From assembly GCA_949282195.1 (NCBI GenBank), contig CASDOW010000010.1, forward strand, positions 452-64,451: a DNA stretch of 64,000 nucleotides, in the 5' to 3' direction. Numbering within the stretch: the first letter of the stretch is position 1; each line of letters starts with the position of its first letter. The stretch is from an uncultured bacterium (GTDB taxonomy: Bacteria > Cyanobacteriota > Vampirovibrionia > Gastranaerophilales > Gastranaerophilaceae). The notes beneath the pieces are model-generated. The model made no database searches and was not told the DNA's origin. It saw only the letters and a program-made list of their open reading frames with translations. Made by a program: the position numbers and the translations under genes. Shown here piece after piece: positions 28,472 through 38,010 of the stretch.

Positions 28472-28728
28472 GTATTGCAGTCGCTAAGATTTTTGAACTT
28501 ATCATTTTGGTTTTATTTATTACGATTTTATTATCTTGGTTTCCAAATATAAAATGGTATAATGAACCTTTTAAGTCTTTAAAGGCTTTTAGTGAGATTT
28601 TTTTAGGACCTTTTAGAAAAATTATTCCGCCGATTGGAATGATTGATATTTCTCCGATTATTGCTTTTATTTGCTTATCTATTTTAAGAAATATAATTGT
28701 CGGTTTTCTCTATAAAATGGGTTTATAA
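28462..28728 (+). CDS. yggT: YggT family membrane protein (Ycf19-like)
   Basis: 88 aa, two TM helices, LLSWFPNI and DISPIIAF motifs. 10-nt overlap with mtnP. Confidence 0.85.
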   Translation: MGISIAVAKIFELIILVLFITILLSWFPNIKWYNEPFKSLKAFSEIFLGPFRKIIPPIGMIDISPIIAFICLSILRNIIVGFLYKMGL

Positions 28729-28732
28729 AAAA

Positions 28733-28755
28733 ATACCTGCCATTTTGGCAGGTAT
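28733..28755. terminator. Bidirectional intrinsic terminator (yggT / fabF)
   Basis: 9-bp stem ATACCTGCC/GGCAGGTAT, 5-nt loop, A7 upstream and T5 downstream. Confidence 0.85.
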
Positions 28756-28773
28756 TTTTATTTGTAATTTATT

Positions 28774-30012
28774 TTATTTTGTGAAAACTAAGACAGCATT
28801 ACATCCGCCAAAGCCGAATGAATTAGAAAGAACTGCTTTTAGGTCTTTTTTTCTTGCACTATCTTTTACAAAATCAAGATTGGCAACTTCGGGGTCTTGT
28901 TCTTCTATGTTAATTGTCGGAGGAACAACACCTTCATTTAGTGCTTCGATTGCAATAATTGCTTCAACAGAACCGGCACCGCCTAACATGTGACCTGTCA
29001 TAGATTTTGTTGACGAAACAAGCAAGTCTTTATTTTGTTCTTTATCTCCAAAAACTTTTGCAATTGCATTTGATTCAGCTATATCACCTACATGGGTTGA
29101 TGTACCATGGGCGTTAATGTAGCCAATATCTGAAGGTTTTAAGTTTGCATCTTTAAGCGCTAATTCCATAGCTAAAATTGCCCCCCTTCCTTCAGGGTCT
29201 GGTGCTACCATATCATAGGCGTCTGATGATTGACCATAACCTGCTAGTTCGGCATAAATTTTAGCACCTCTTTTAATTGCATGTTCTCTTTCTTCTAAAA
29301 CTAACATGCCGGCACCTTCAGACATTACAAAACCATCTCTTTTTACATCATAAGGTCTTGAAGCTTTCTTGGGGTCTTCGTTGTTTTTTGATAAGGTTTT
29401 AGCAGATGTAAAAGCACCTATGCCTAAATCGCAAATTCCTGCTTCTGCTCCGCCTGCTATCATAATATCGGCGTCACCATATTGTATAGCTCGAGCAGCG
29501 TCGCCTATAGAGTGTGCACCTGTTGCACAAGCTGTTACAACGGATTTTGACATTCCTTTAAGACCGTATTTAATTGATATTTTACCTGCAGCCATGTTTG
29601 TAATCATCATTGGAACCATAAACGGAGAACATTTATGATAACCTCTAGCTTGCATTACTTCGTGGTTTTTTTGTATTGTTTCTAAACCGCCTGCAGCTGA
29701 ACCTGCAATTACTCCAAATCTTGTTAAATCTTCTTTTTCTAAATCAAGACCTGAATCTTCCATAGCTAATGACGCCGCCACAACTGAACATAAGATAAAT
29801 TTATCCATACGTCTTGCGTCTTTTGCGTCCACATATTTTGAAGCGTCAAACTCAGGAACTTGACCGCCAATGTGAACAAGATGTTTTTCTTTATCTAAAG
29901 TAAGGTATCTTATTGCACTGTTGCCTTTTTTTAAATTTTCCCAAAGAGTATCAACCCCAACGCCGAAAGGCGAAACGCAACCCATGCCGGTTACTACTAC
30001 TCGTCTTTTCAT
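28774..30012 (-). CDS. fabF: 3-oxoacyl-ACP synthase II
   Basis: 412 aa. Active-site context VTACATGAHSIGDA, NAHGTSTHVGD, SNSFGFGGCNAVLVF. Confidence 0.96.
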   Translation of the reverse strand: MKRRVVVTGMGCVSPFGVGVDTLWENLKKGNSAIRYLTLDKEKHLVHIGGQVPEFDASKYVDAKDARRMDKFILCSVVAASLAMEDSGLDLEKEDLTRFGVIAGSAAGGLETIQKNHEVMQARGYHKCSPFMVPMMITNMAAGKISIKYGLKGMSKSVVTACATGAHSIGDAARAIQYGDADIMIAGGAEAGICDLGIGAFTSAKTLSKNNEDPKKASRPYDVKRDGFVMSEGAGMLVLEEREHAIKRGAKIYAELAGYGQSSDAYDMVAPDPEGRGAILAMELALKDANLKPSDIGYINAHGTSTHVGDIAESNAIAKVFGDKEQNKDLLVSSTKSMTGHMLGGAGSVEAIIAIEALNEGVVPPTINIEEQDPEVANLDFVKDSARKKDLKAVLSNSFGFGGCNAVLVFTK

Positions 30013-30031
30013 ACTTTTCCTATTCTCCTAT

Positions 30032-31027
30032 TTAAATATTTTCATCCAGTTTTATAATTGCATTTGCACCTGTCATTCCGGCACCAAATGCACTAATCAT
30101 GATTGTTGCAGGCAGCTTGATTTTGCCTGTGTCAATCCCTTCTCTAATTGCTACAGGAATGGAAGCGGCAGACATATTACCGTATTTTTCAATGTTTGAA
30201 ATGGTTTTGGCTGAATCAATCGTAAGCCTTTGTGATAGTGCATCTATCATTCTTTGATTAGATTGATGCGGCACAAAATAATCGATATCTTCAACTTTTG
30301 TATTTGTTTGTTCAAGAAGTTCTTCTAACTTTGGAGGAATTTCAGTCATTACAAATTTATAGACGTCTTTTCCTTTCATTTGTATAAAAGGTTTAACTTC
30401 TGTTTGGATTTTATCAACTAAAGGACAGTTAATTCCTTGTGTTGTTAGTGTGATATAATCACCGCAAGTTCCGTCAGATATCATATTTACACCTATGATA
30501 TCATCTTCTTTATCTGTTGCGGTTAATATTGCTGCTCCTGCTCCGTCACCAAACAGAACGCAAACTGATCTGTCGTTCCAATCGGTGAATTTTGTTGTTG
30601 CGTCAGTTGCAACAAGAAGAACATTTTTATATAAACCTGCTTTAATAAAGGCTCTTGCTGTGTTTAAGCCATAAATAAAACCCGAGCAAGCGGCTTTTAT
30701 ATCAAAACATGCCGCATTTTTTGCTCCAATACCTGCTTGTATAAGACAAGAAACAGAAGGATAAATATCCTCAGGAGCTGAAGCTGCTGCAATTATTAAA
30801 TCAATATCCTCAACATTAAAATTACTTCTTTTAATAGCTTTTTTTGAGGCTTCAATTCCAAGGGTTGTTGAAGTGTCATCTCCTGAAATTACTTTTCTTT
30901 CCTTAATTCCTGTTCTGGTGGTAATCCATTCATCAGATGTATCTAATATTTTAGTTAAATCATCATTTGTGATTGTGTTTTTTGCCACTTCAAAATCTAT
31001 GGCAACTATTTTTGTATTTATTGACAT
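30032..31027 (-). CDS. fabH: 3-oxoacyl-ACP synthase III
   Basis: 331 aa. FDIKAACSGFIYGL (active Cys), VPHQSNQRMI, AFGAGMTG. Confidence 0.95.
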   Translation of the reverse strand: MSINTKIVAIDFEVAKNTITNDDLTKILDTSDEWITTRTGIKERKVISGDDTSTTLGIEASKKAIKRSNFNVEDIDLIIAAASAPEDIYPSVSCLIQAGIGAKNAACFDIKAACSGFIYGLNTARAFIKAGLYKNVLLVATDATTKFTDWNDRSVCVLFGDGAGAAILTATDKEDDIIGVNMISDGTCGDYITLTTQGINCPLVDKIQTEVKPFIQMKGKDVYKFVMTEIPPKLEELLEQTNTKVEDIDYFVPHQSNQRMIDALSQRLTIDSAKTISNIEKYGNMSAASIPVAIREGIDTGKIKLPATIMISAFGAGMTGANAIIKLDENI

Positions 31028-31575
31028 TATGCATATTCCTTTTCTTGAATGTAGTTGTAGCCTAATAAATAGGCGTCTAAGTTTTTTTGAATTAATTCTT
31101 TTTTATCTTTAAGAATTTTTTCATATGCTTTTTTAACATTTTCCATTGTTAAATTACCTAAAATTTTTGATAGAACACCAAGGGCAATTGAGTTTGCAAT
31201 TTTTATATTGTCTAATTTAATTGCTTCTTGCGTGAAAGGTGCAAATATGTATTTTATATCATTTCTTGTTTTTTCAATTTTTGCCATAGAAGAATTAACT
31301 ATTATAGTGCCTCCTTCTTTAACTTTTGAGATAAATTTATCAAAAGACATTTGATTTAGCGCTATTACAAAATCCGCTTTTTCATTTTGTAAGGTTAATA
31401 ATTCATCATCAGACATGTTTATTTCGCAATGAACCGCTCCGCCTCTCATTTCAGCACCATAGCAAGGGCAATATGTTACAAATTTATTTCCTAACATGAA
31501 TATATTTGCCAATATTGTTCCGATTGAAAGTACGCCTTGTCCTCCGGAGCCTGAAATAATAAAATTTTTAATCAT
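31027..31575 (-). CDS. 2-oxoacid:ferredoxin oxidoreductase, gamma subunit
   Basis: 182 aa. IISGSGGQGVLSIGTILA typical of the OFOR gamma domain. The stop overlaps the fabH ATG by 1 nt (TAATG). Confidence 0.88.
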   Translation of the reverse strand: MIKNFIISGSGGQGVLSIGTILANIFMLGNKFVTYCPCYGAEMRGGAVHCEINMSDDELLTLQNEKADFVIALNQMSFDKFISKVKEGGTIIVNSSMAKIEKTRNDIKYIFAPFTQEAIKLDNIKIANSIALGVLSKILGNLTMENVKKAYEKILKDKKELIQKNLDAYLLGYNYIQEKEYA

Positions 31576-32323
31576 CGATTGTGTCCTTAAAAATATCTAG
31601 CGGGTATATTTTTGTTAATTCTTCTGCTATTTTTTTGTGTGAATCTTGTGCGGATAATTTCCAATTAGTCGGACAAGATGAAAGGATTTCAACAAAGCTG
31701 AAGCCTTTGTTTTTTAATTGACATTCAAATGCTTTTTTTATTGTTTTTTTTGCTTTTAATATGTTTTTAACATCATAAAGGGCTACTCTTGCGCTAAATT
31801 TAGTGCCTTCGCAAAGTGCAATTTGTTCTGCCGTTTTTATTGGAAAACCATGGTATTCCTTGTTTCTTCCTAAAGGGCTTGTGGTTGTTAATTGTCCCAT
31901 AATGGATGTGGGCCCCATTTGTCCGCCTGTCATGCCATAGTTCGTGTTATTTATGCAAATTGCGGTTATGTTTTCACCTCTTAATGCACTATGCATTGAT
32001 TCACCCAGACCTATTGAGGCAAAATCGCCGTCACCTTGATAAGTGAATACAAATTTTTCTTCACCTTTTGCTCTGTGAGCTCTTTTAACTCCTGTTGCAA
32101 CAGCGCATGCTCTGCCATGTGGAGCCTCAAGGCAGTCAATATCCAAAAAGTCATATAATAAAACGGAACAGCCTGAAGAAGATATTGCAACAGTATTTTC
32201 CCTAAGATTTAGTTCGTCAATGATTTCTGCAATTATTTTAATTGCGACACCGTGGTCACAACCTTTGCAGAAAGTAAATTTGGAATCTTTTTTTATTGAA
32301 TTTGGAATGCTATATACTTGCAT
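31568..32323 (-). CDS. 2-oxoacid:ferredoxin oxidoreductase, beta (TPP-binding) subunit
   Basis: FCKGCDHG, GDGDFASIGLGESMHSA, NNTNYGMTGGQ TPP-binding pattern. Confidence 0.9.
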   Translation of the reverse strand: MQVYSIPNSIKKDSKFTFCKGCDHGVAIKIIAEIIDELNLRENTVAISSSGCSVLLYDFLDIDCLEAPHGRACAVATGVKRAHRAKGEEKFVFTYQGDGDFASIGLGESMHSALRGENITAICINNTNYGMTGGQMGPTSIMGQLTTTSPLGRNKEYHGFPIKTAEQIALCEGTKFSARVALYDVKNILKAKKTIKKAFECQLKNKGFSFVEILSSCPTNWKLSAQDSHKKIAEELTKIYPLDIFKDTIDD

Positions 32324-33380
32324 ATTGTTCCTTTATGATGTTTTTTATGGCATTTATTATTTCTTCTTTTTTTAGCCAATCGCCAACAGGTTTTCCTATG
32401 AATGAAATTTGAGAATTTGATAATACTCCGAGTCTTACATCTTTCAACATTTGACCCATGTTCATTTCTATATCAATAATATATTTTGCTTTAAATGATA
32501 GTTCTCTAAGTCTTTTATACGGGAACGGATAGAGTGTTATTGGTCTAAAAACGCCCATTTTAATTCCTTGTTCTCTAAAATGGTTGCAAATAGCCTTCGC
32601 GCTTCTTGCCATTGTGCCAAATGCTGTTAGGATTATTTCAGCGTCATCACAAAGATATTCTTCCCAATCGGGCTCACTTTGTTCGATTTGCTGATATTTT
32701 TGGTATAGCTTTAAAACATGCTGATTTAGCTTGTTTTGATTGGGTTCAAGAGAGTGTATATTTCTTGAGGGTCTATCTTTGGCTCCGTCTAATCTCCAGC
32801 TCGATGTGTCAATATCGGGATATGGGTTTTGTGTTATTGTTGCGGGTTCTGCCATTTGCCCAAGTAATCCGTCAACCAGCAGAATTACAGGATTTCTGTA
32901 TTTTTGAGCAAGATAGAATGACTTGTATGTTAGTTCAATACATTCTTGAACACTGCTTGGAGAAAGAACTATTGTTTTGTAGTCTCCGTTTCCGCCTCCG
33001 ATTGTTGCTTGGTTATAATCTCCTTGAGATGGGTATATATAGCCCTGTCCGGGGCCTGCTCTCATAACATTTACAAGTACAATAGGTAATTCATCAGAAG
33101 CAGCATAAGAAAGAGTTTCTTGCATTAGCGCAACAGCGCATGATGAACTTGAAGCCATGACTTTTTGTCCGCTGGAGGCAGCGCCTAATGCCATGTTTAT
33201 TGCCCCAATTTCAGATTCAGCACAAACATAGGCTAAATTTCTTTTTTGCATTTCCAGACTTAAAAACTCACCAATTTCTGTCTGCGGAGTAATAGGATAG
33301 CCAAAATAACAACTACATCCGCAATTTAGTGCAGCACGTGCTATTGCAATATTTCCTTTTAAAAGACTTTTCTCAATCAT
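32310..33380 (-). CDS. 2-oxoacid:ferredoxin oxidoreductase, alpha subunit
   Basis: 356 aa. GNIAIARAAL, GYPITPQTEI, VNVMRAGPGQG. Confidence 0.9.
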   Translation of the reverse strand: MIEKSLLKGNIAIARAALNCGCSCYFGYPITPQTEIGEFLSLEMQKRNLAYVCAESEIGAINMALGAASSGQKVMASSSSCAVALMQETLSYAASDELPIVLVNVMRAGPGQGYIYPSQGDYNQATIGGGNGDYKTIVLSPSSVQECIELTYKSFYLAQKYRNPVILLVDGLLGQMAEPATITQNPYPDIDTSSWRLDGAKDRPSRNIHSLEPNQNKLNQHVLKLYQKYQQIEQSEPDWEEYLCDDAEIILTAFGTMARSAKAICNHFREQGIKMGVFRPITLYPFPYKRLRELSFKAKYIIDIEMNMGQMLKDVRLGVLSNSQISFIGKPVGDWLKKEEIINAIKNIIKEQYASI

Positions 33381-33589
33381 TCTCTGTTTACTTCCACTAT
33401 CGCAATATCAGGACATACAATAGCGCATTGTGCGCAGCCGATGCATTTATTTTCAGTATCTGAAAATTCAACTGTTAATTCACCTGTAGTGCCCGTATTA
33501 TTGCTTTTCTTAATAAGCTTGTAAGGGCAAGCGTCAATACATAAATAACAAGATTTGCACTTGTTTTGGTCTATCTTTATATATGACAT
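33377..33589 (-). CDS. 2-oxoacid:ferredoxin oxidoreductase, delta subunit (2x[4Fe-4S] ferredoxin)
   Basis: 70 aa with CKSCYLCIDACP and CIGCAQCAIVCP. Confidence 0.9.
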   Translation of the reverse strand: MSYIKIDQNKCKSCYLCIDACPYKLIKKSNNTGTTGELTVEFSDTENKCIGCAQCAIVCPDIAIVEVNRE

Positions 33590-33675
33590 GTTTTATAAAC
33601 TCTCCCTTAAAATTATATTAGCCTATAAGTATATTCTCTCACAAAAAATAAAAAAGTGAATTTGTTAACAAAATT

Positions 33676-33684
33676 TGTTATAAT
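33676..33684 (+). promoter_or_regulatory. Extended -10 (TGtTATAAT), 6 nt upstream of ATG 33691 (leaderless geometry)
   Basis: TGTTATAAT-GAGTAT-ATG. Preceded by the direct repeat AATTTGTTA-n4-AATTTGTTA (33659-33680). Confidence 0.45.
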
Positions 33685-33690
33685 GAGTAT

Positions 33691-35019
33691 ATGAAAAATT
33701 ATGCTTATTTATATTTGTGTGCTGTTTTGGCATCATTTGGCGGTTTGTTGTCAGGTTTTGACACCGGTGTTATTTCAGGTGCGCTCTTATACATTAATCA
33801 GAGCTTTGAAATGAATTCTTTGTATTCAGGATTATTAGTGAGTTCGGTTTCAATCGGAGCAATTATAGGTGCGCTGTTAAACGGTGTTTTGATTGACAAA
33901 ATCGGCAGAAGAAAAGTTATGCTTTTAACTGCAGGTGTTTTTATTTTGGGCTCGATATTATGTTGTTTTTCAAACAATATAATAGAATTGATATTATCCA
34001 GGATGTTTGTAGGCTGTGCTGTTGGCGTTGTTAGTTTTGCAGGGCCGTTATATTTAAGCGAAATTTCAACCAAGGAAAAAAGAGGCGAAATTGTCTCTTT
34101 TCATCAGCTTGCCATAACTTTGGGGATTTTATTTTCTTATTTTGTAAATTATTTTTGTGCAAATTTGGTTTATTCTTGGAGAATAATGTTTCTTTTGGGG
34201 GCAGTGCCTGCTATTGTTTTATTTTTTGCAATGTTGATTTTAAAAGATACTCCAAGGTGGTATGTTGCAAAAAATAAAATTGATAAAGCAAGATTTGTAT
34301 TAGAAAAAATAGATAAAAATCAAGATATAGATTTAGAAATTAAAAATATAAAAAAGACTCTTTCCAATAATGAAAAAATAAAATTTGAAAAACGTTTATT
34401 GGTTCCTTTTGTAATTGGTATTGGCATTATGTTTGCACAAATTGCAACAGGTATAAATGCAATAATTTATTATGCCCCTACAATATTTAAAATGGTTGGT
34501 TTTTCATCAAATCAGGATGTTTTATTTGCGACGATTTTTATAGGTTTAATTAATTTTTTAATGACTTTTGTTGCAATTGCTCTTGTTGATAAAATTGGCA
34601 GAAAGCCGCTTTTATATATTGGCTTGGTTGGTATGCTTATAAATCTTTTATTGTTGTCTTTTAGTTTTGCGTATGATTTTGATTTTGTGAAATATCTTGC
34701 AGTTGTTGCTTGTGCTCTATATATTGTATCTTTTTCAATGTCATTGGGACCTGTGGCACTGTTATTGAACGCAGAAATTTTCCCTCTGAAATATAGAGGG
34801 GCGGCTATGAGTATAGGCATTGTGTCGAATTTTGTATTTAATTTTATGGTTACTGGGCTATTCCCTATTTCTTTAGATAAATTGGGTGGCAGTATAACAT
34901 TTTTGATTTTTGCAATAATATGCGTAATATCCCTGTTTTTTGTATATTACGTTGTGCCTGAAACAAAAGATGTCAGTCTTGAAGAAATTGAAAATCGCAT
35001 GAATAAAATAAAACTATGA
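33691..35019 (+). CDS. MFS sugar porter family transporter
   Basis: 12-TM profile. GFDTGVISGA, DKIGRRK, PETK near the C-terminus: sugar-porter signatures. Confidence 0.9.
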   Translation: MKNYAYLYLCAVLASFGGLLSGFDTGVISGALLYINQSFEMNSLYSGLLVSSVSIGAIIGALLNGVLIDKIGRRKVMLLTAGVFILGSILCCFSNNIIELILSRMFVGCAVGVVSFAGPLYLSEISTKEKRGEIVSFHQLAITLGILFSYFVNYFCANLVYSWRIMFLLGAVPAIVLFFAMLILKDTPRWYVAKNKIDKARFVLEKIDKNQDIDLEIKNIKKTLSNNEKIKFEKRLLVPFVIGIGIMFAQIATGINAIIYYAPTIFKMVGFSSNQDVLFATIFIGLINFLMTFVAIALVDKIGRKPLLYIGLVGMLINLLLLSFSFAYDFDFVKYLAVVACALYIVSFSMSLGPVALLLNAEIFPLKYRGAAMSIGIVSNFVFNFMVTGLFPISLDKLGGSITFLIFAIICVISLFFVYYVVPETKDVSLEEIENRMNKIKL

Positions 35020-35634
35020 TTCTTTTAAATGTTTTATGTGGTGATAAATATATATTATTCCTAAAATCATACAGGCGATAATTATAACAGCATCAAATTT
35101 GTGCCAAATATGTTTTAGGGCTTGCGTATTTTCTCCTAATTTTATGCCGACATAAACTAATAAATAGCTCCATATTAAAGAGCCAAAAAAGGTAAAAGTA
35201 AAGAAAAATCTTTTTTTGGCTTTTAATATACCTGCGGGTAATGAGATAAAAGTTCTTACAACAGGCAACATTCTGCATACAAAAAATGCCCAGTCGCCAT
35301 ATTTATCAACCCATTTGTCTGCTATTTCAAGGTCATGTTTTGATATTAAAAAGTATTTTCCGTATTTTTCAATAAATTTTCTTCCTCCAAAATACCCGAG
35401 GTAATAAGAAGGAATTGAACCTATGACGCAGCCTAATGCTCCAAATAATGCTGCTGTATGGATTGAGAAAACTCCTTTTGTAACTAAATACCCCGCAAAA
35501 GGCAGTATAACTTCAGAAGGAAGAGGAATATTACATGACTCTATCGCCATTAAAAGCGCAACACCCCAAGCTCCAAGATTTGTAATAACTTCTTGAATCC
35601 AATTTGCAAGTAAAGCAAGTATATTTTCTAACAT
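35014..35634 (-). CDS. DedA family membrane protein
   Basis: 206 aa. ESCNIPLPSEVILPFAGYL and CRMLPVVRTFISLPAG are DedA/SNARE-associated signatures. AAGGAGG SD. Confidence 0.88.
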   Translation of the reverse strand: MLENILALLANWIQEVITNLGAWGVALLMAIESCNIPLPSEVILPFAGYLVTKGVFSIHTAALFGALGCVIGSIPSYYLGYFGGRKFIEKYGKYFLISKHDLEIADKWVDKYGDWAFFVCRMLPVVRTFISLPAGILKAKKRFFFTFTFFGSLIWSYLLVYVGIKLGENTQALKHIWHKFDAVIIIACMILGIIYIYHHIKHLKES

Positions 35635-35701
35635 TTTTACCTCCTTAAACAGAATTTTATTTTAATATATAAATTCTCTTAGGACAAATTGTTAATTAAT
35701 G

Positions 35702-36835
35702 TTATTTAATAAACTTATTAAATATTTTTACTTCGTTTGCTTTTATTGTTTTTGAGTTTATTGTGGTTGCTGAAGCTTGTTCTCTTGCAGACGAAAGAGT
35801 GTTTTTTGCTTCATTGGTTAAATATTTCTTTTCAAGCCTTTTTTGGTTAAGTGCAGGCAAGCCAAAGCCAAGGTATGTTGCTTCAAATGCCAATGCAGCT
35901 GTTCTTAGTGCTGCATTTAGACCTTTAGCATCTAATACAAGCCTGTTATCTTCTTTTTGGAAGAAATGAACAAGTAAATTTTCCACATCTTTGTTTAGAT
36001 TTTCTTCTTTAAGACCTTTTAAGCCTTTTTCTTTAAGTTCAATAAGAGCTTCTAATATGCTTTGTGCTTTATTATTGGCTATTGTAAATCCGGCGCGAGT
36101 GAGGTCTTCTTGCTGACTAATAGCAATTTTTTGTTTTTTGATTAAAATATTCATAACTTTATTAAATATTTTATCAGGATTACCTTTTTGATCTTTAATT
36201 TTATCAAACATTTTGCTTATTTGAGCTGAGTTGCCAAAGCCTGAATAATTTGATATAAATTCGTCGTTTGTCAACGTTATTACGCCTTCAGTCGGATGAA
36301 GGGTATCAAGAATATTTGTTGCAATTTTCTTTAATTTATCAATAGGATTGTGAATAAATTCATTTGCTTTTTCGCTTATGCCTTTTAGTCCTTTATCTTT
36401 GTTGTTGAATATTTCAAGATAAGGTTTGTTTGTCATAGGTAAACCTGAAGATTTGCTTGCAAGAGCAGCAACGATTGAATTTATTGATTTTAGTGCAAAC
36501 AACATTATAAGAACTGTTTGAACATCCCTGAATAAGATTTCGGTAATTTCATCTTTTGTTGCTTCTTTATCGTCAGGATTTCTCTTTGCTGCTGTTAATA
36601 CTCTTGGCACAATTACTGTTCCAACCATTAATGTTGCCATAGGAATAAAAGCATTATTAGCACCTGTTGGTTCAAGAGTATTTATAATTTTTGAGTAAAT
36701 GTCTTTTTTTGGTGACTTTTCAAGAACATTTTCTATTACTCCGCCAAGTTTTGTTGTGGCATTATTTGCATATTTTGCAGCATTTTTTACAACTTGCGAT
36801 GAGGCTATTTTTTGTCCGATTTTTTGAATATCCAT
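35702..36835 (-). CDS. Hypothetical protein (paralog family, member B)
   Basis: 377 aa, mostly helical, with hydrophobic segments. AAGGAGG SD lies within the end of the upstream gene, and the ATG overlaps its stop by 1 nt. Confidence 0.65.
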   Translation of the reverse strand: MDIQKIGQKIASSQVVKNAAKYANNATTKLGGVIENVLEKSPKKDIYSKIINTLEPTGANNAFIPMATLMVGTVIVPRVLTAAKRNPDDKEATKDEITEILFRDVQTVLIMLFALKSINSIVAALASKSSGLPMTNKPYLEIFNNKDKGLKGISEKANEFIHNPIDKLKKIATNILDTLHPTEGVITLTNDEFISNYSGFGNSAQISKMFDKIKDQKGNPDKIFNKVMNILIKKQKIAISQQEDLTRAGFTIANNKAQSILEALIELKEKGLKGLKEENLNKDVENLLVHFFQKEDNRLVLDAKGLNAALRTAALAFEATYLGFGLPALNQKRLEKKYLTNEAKNTLSSAREQASATTINSKTIKANEVKIFNKFIK

Positions 36836-37821
36836 TATTTAGCCTCCTTATCGTTTTTCTTTGCTTCATTGTAGATTGCTGAAGCATTCGGATTAACTCC
36901 GCCTGAGGCCCAAGTATATATTTTTGGAATAAATGACATTAATATACCTGTAATGAAGAACATTGAAGCAACTGTAACAAAGCGTTTTCCAAGCCAAGAT
37001 TTTTTGAAGTTGCTTATTGTTTCATTTGTTATCTTAATATTGTTACTGTTGTCTGCATTCTTTTTAGCATAATCTTTAGCGTAAGACGTAATGTAGTTGA
37101 CATAGTTTTTGAATTTGGTCATGCCTTCTTGTCCTGCGCTATTGATTGAATATTTAGCCATTAAGAAGTCTGTATTTTGGTAACTATCTTTTCGTTCTTT
37201 AACAATTTGTTCGAATAGTTTTTGTAGTTTTTCAAGTAAGTCTGCAGATGTTTTCTTATTTGTAGTTGCACTGTATTCTTTGATTTTGCTTGCCAATTTT
37301 TCAATTGCTTCATCATTTGCATCTAATTTTCCGATAGTGTGTTCTAATAAATCTTTAGCTGCATTTGTGAAGAATGTATTTTCAAATGTGTCTTTTGTTA
37401 GTTTTTCATTGCCTGCAAGACTATTCATTATGTGTGATAAGTTGATAATATTTTCCATGTGTGTATTTGCAGTCTTACCTGTCATTTTGGTAGCAATAGC
37501 TAAAATTGCAACCGGTGCAACACACATTGTAGGACCTGTTAAGAATTCCCTGATTGCTTCTTGGAGTAGTGCCGGAATATTGATTTTACCTGTATATTTG
37601 TATCCTGCTGTAGCGCCTTTAACGCTTCTTGGGATGTTTGTCCCTAACATATCTTCAACTGTGAATTGCAGAGCGCGACCCCCGTTATCAACAAATTGCC
37701 AGAAATTTGTTAAAACATCAACTCCCCCTTTGAATGACGGTTGATTAGAATTCTTATTATTATTGTTGTTGTTTGCTTGACATCGATTATTTACTAAGCC
37801 ATTTATAGGCGATAATTTCAT
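36835..37821 (-). CDS. Hypothetical protein (paralog family, member A), C-terminal TM helix
   Basis: The track ORF starts at TTG 37848. ATG 37821 is preceded by AAGGAG 11 nt upstream (MKLSPINGLVNN...). Poly-Asn tract, QPSFKGG motif, C-terminal TM FVTVASMFFITGILMSFIP. Confidence 0.65.
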   Translation of the reverse strand: MKLSPINGLVNNRCQANNNNNNKNSNQPSFKGGVDVLTNFWQFVDNGGRALQFTVEDMLGTNIPRSVKGATAGYKYTGKINIPALLQEAIREFLTGPTMCVAPVAILAIATKMTGKTANTHMENIINLSHIMNSLAGNEKLTKDTFENTFFTNAAKDLLEHTIGKLDANDEAIEKLASKIKEYSATTNKKTSADLLEKLQKLFEQIVKERKDSYQNTDFLMAKYSINSAGQEGMTKFKNYVNYITSYAKDYAKKNADNSNNIKITNETISNFKKSWLGKRFVTVASMFFITGILMSFIPKIYTWASGGVNPNASAIYNEAKKNDKEAK

Positions 37822-38010
37822 TAAGACATATTCTCCTTGTAAACACAAACCGATAAAAACATGTAAATGTAAAAGTTTGCTAGTTTTTTTGTATTTTTTT
37901 TAATTTCTTAACAATACAGAACTTGGTGCAGTTGTCATAATAACACAACATAAAAAAATCTTAAATAAAAATAAATTAAATTTTAAGAAATATAAATAAT
38001 GTTATATGGC

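Noticed and set aside
32606-33067. Long antisense ORFs inside real genes: 153 aa here, plus 37280..37744 (154 aa), 13659..14072 (137 aa) and 5336..5740 (134 aa)
   Set aside because: Each overlaps a gene with strong family motifs or a better coding-like composition on the other strand. Their products are hydrophobic and low-complexity, as is typical of antisense frames, and none has an SD or promoter. Their length is notable for AT-rich DNA, but I see no positive evidence that they are coding.
37754-37773. (ATT)n(GTT)n triplet tract encoding poly-Asn, considered as a phase-variation repeat
   Set aside because: The repeat unit is 3 nt and in frame, so slippage would change the tract length without switching the gene off. 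The tract is also short and interrupted.
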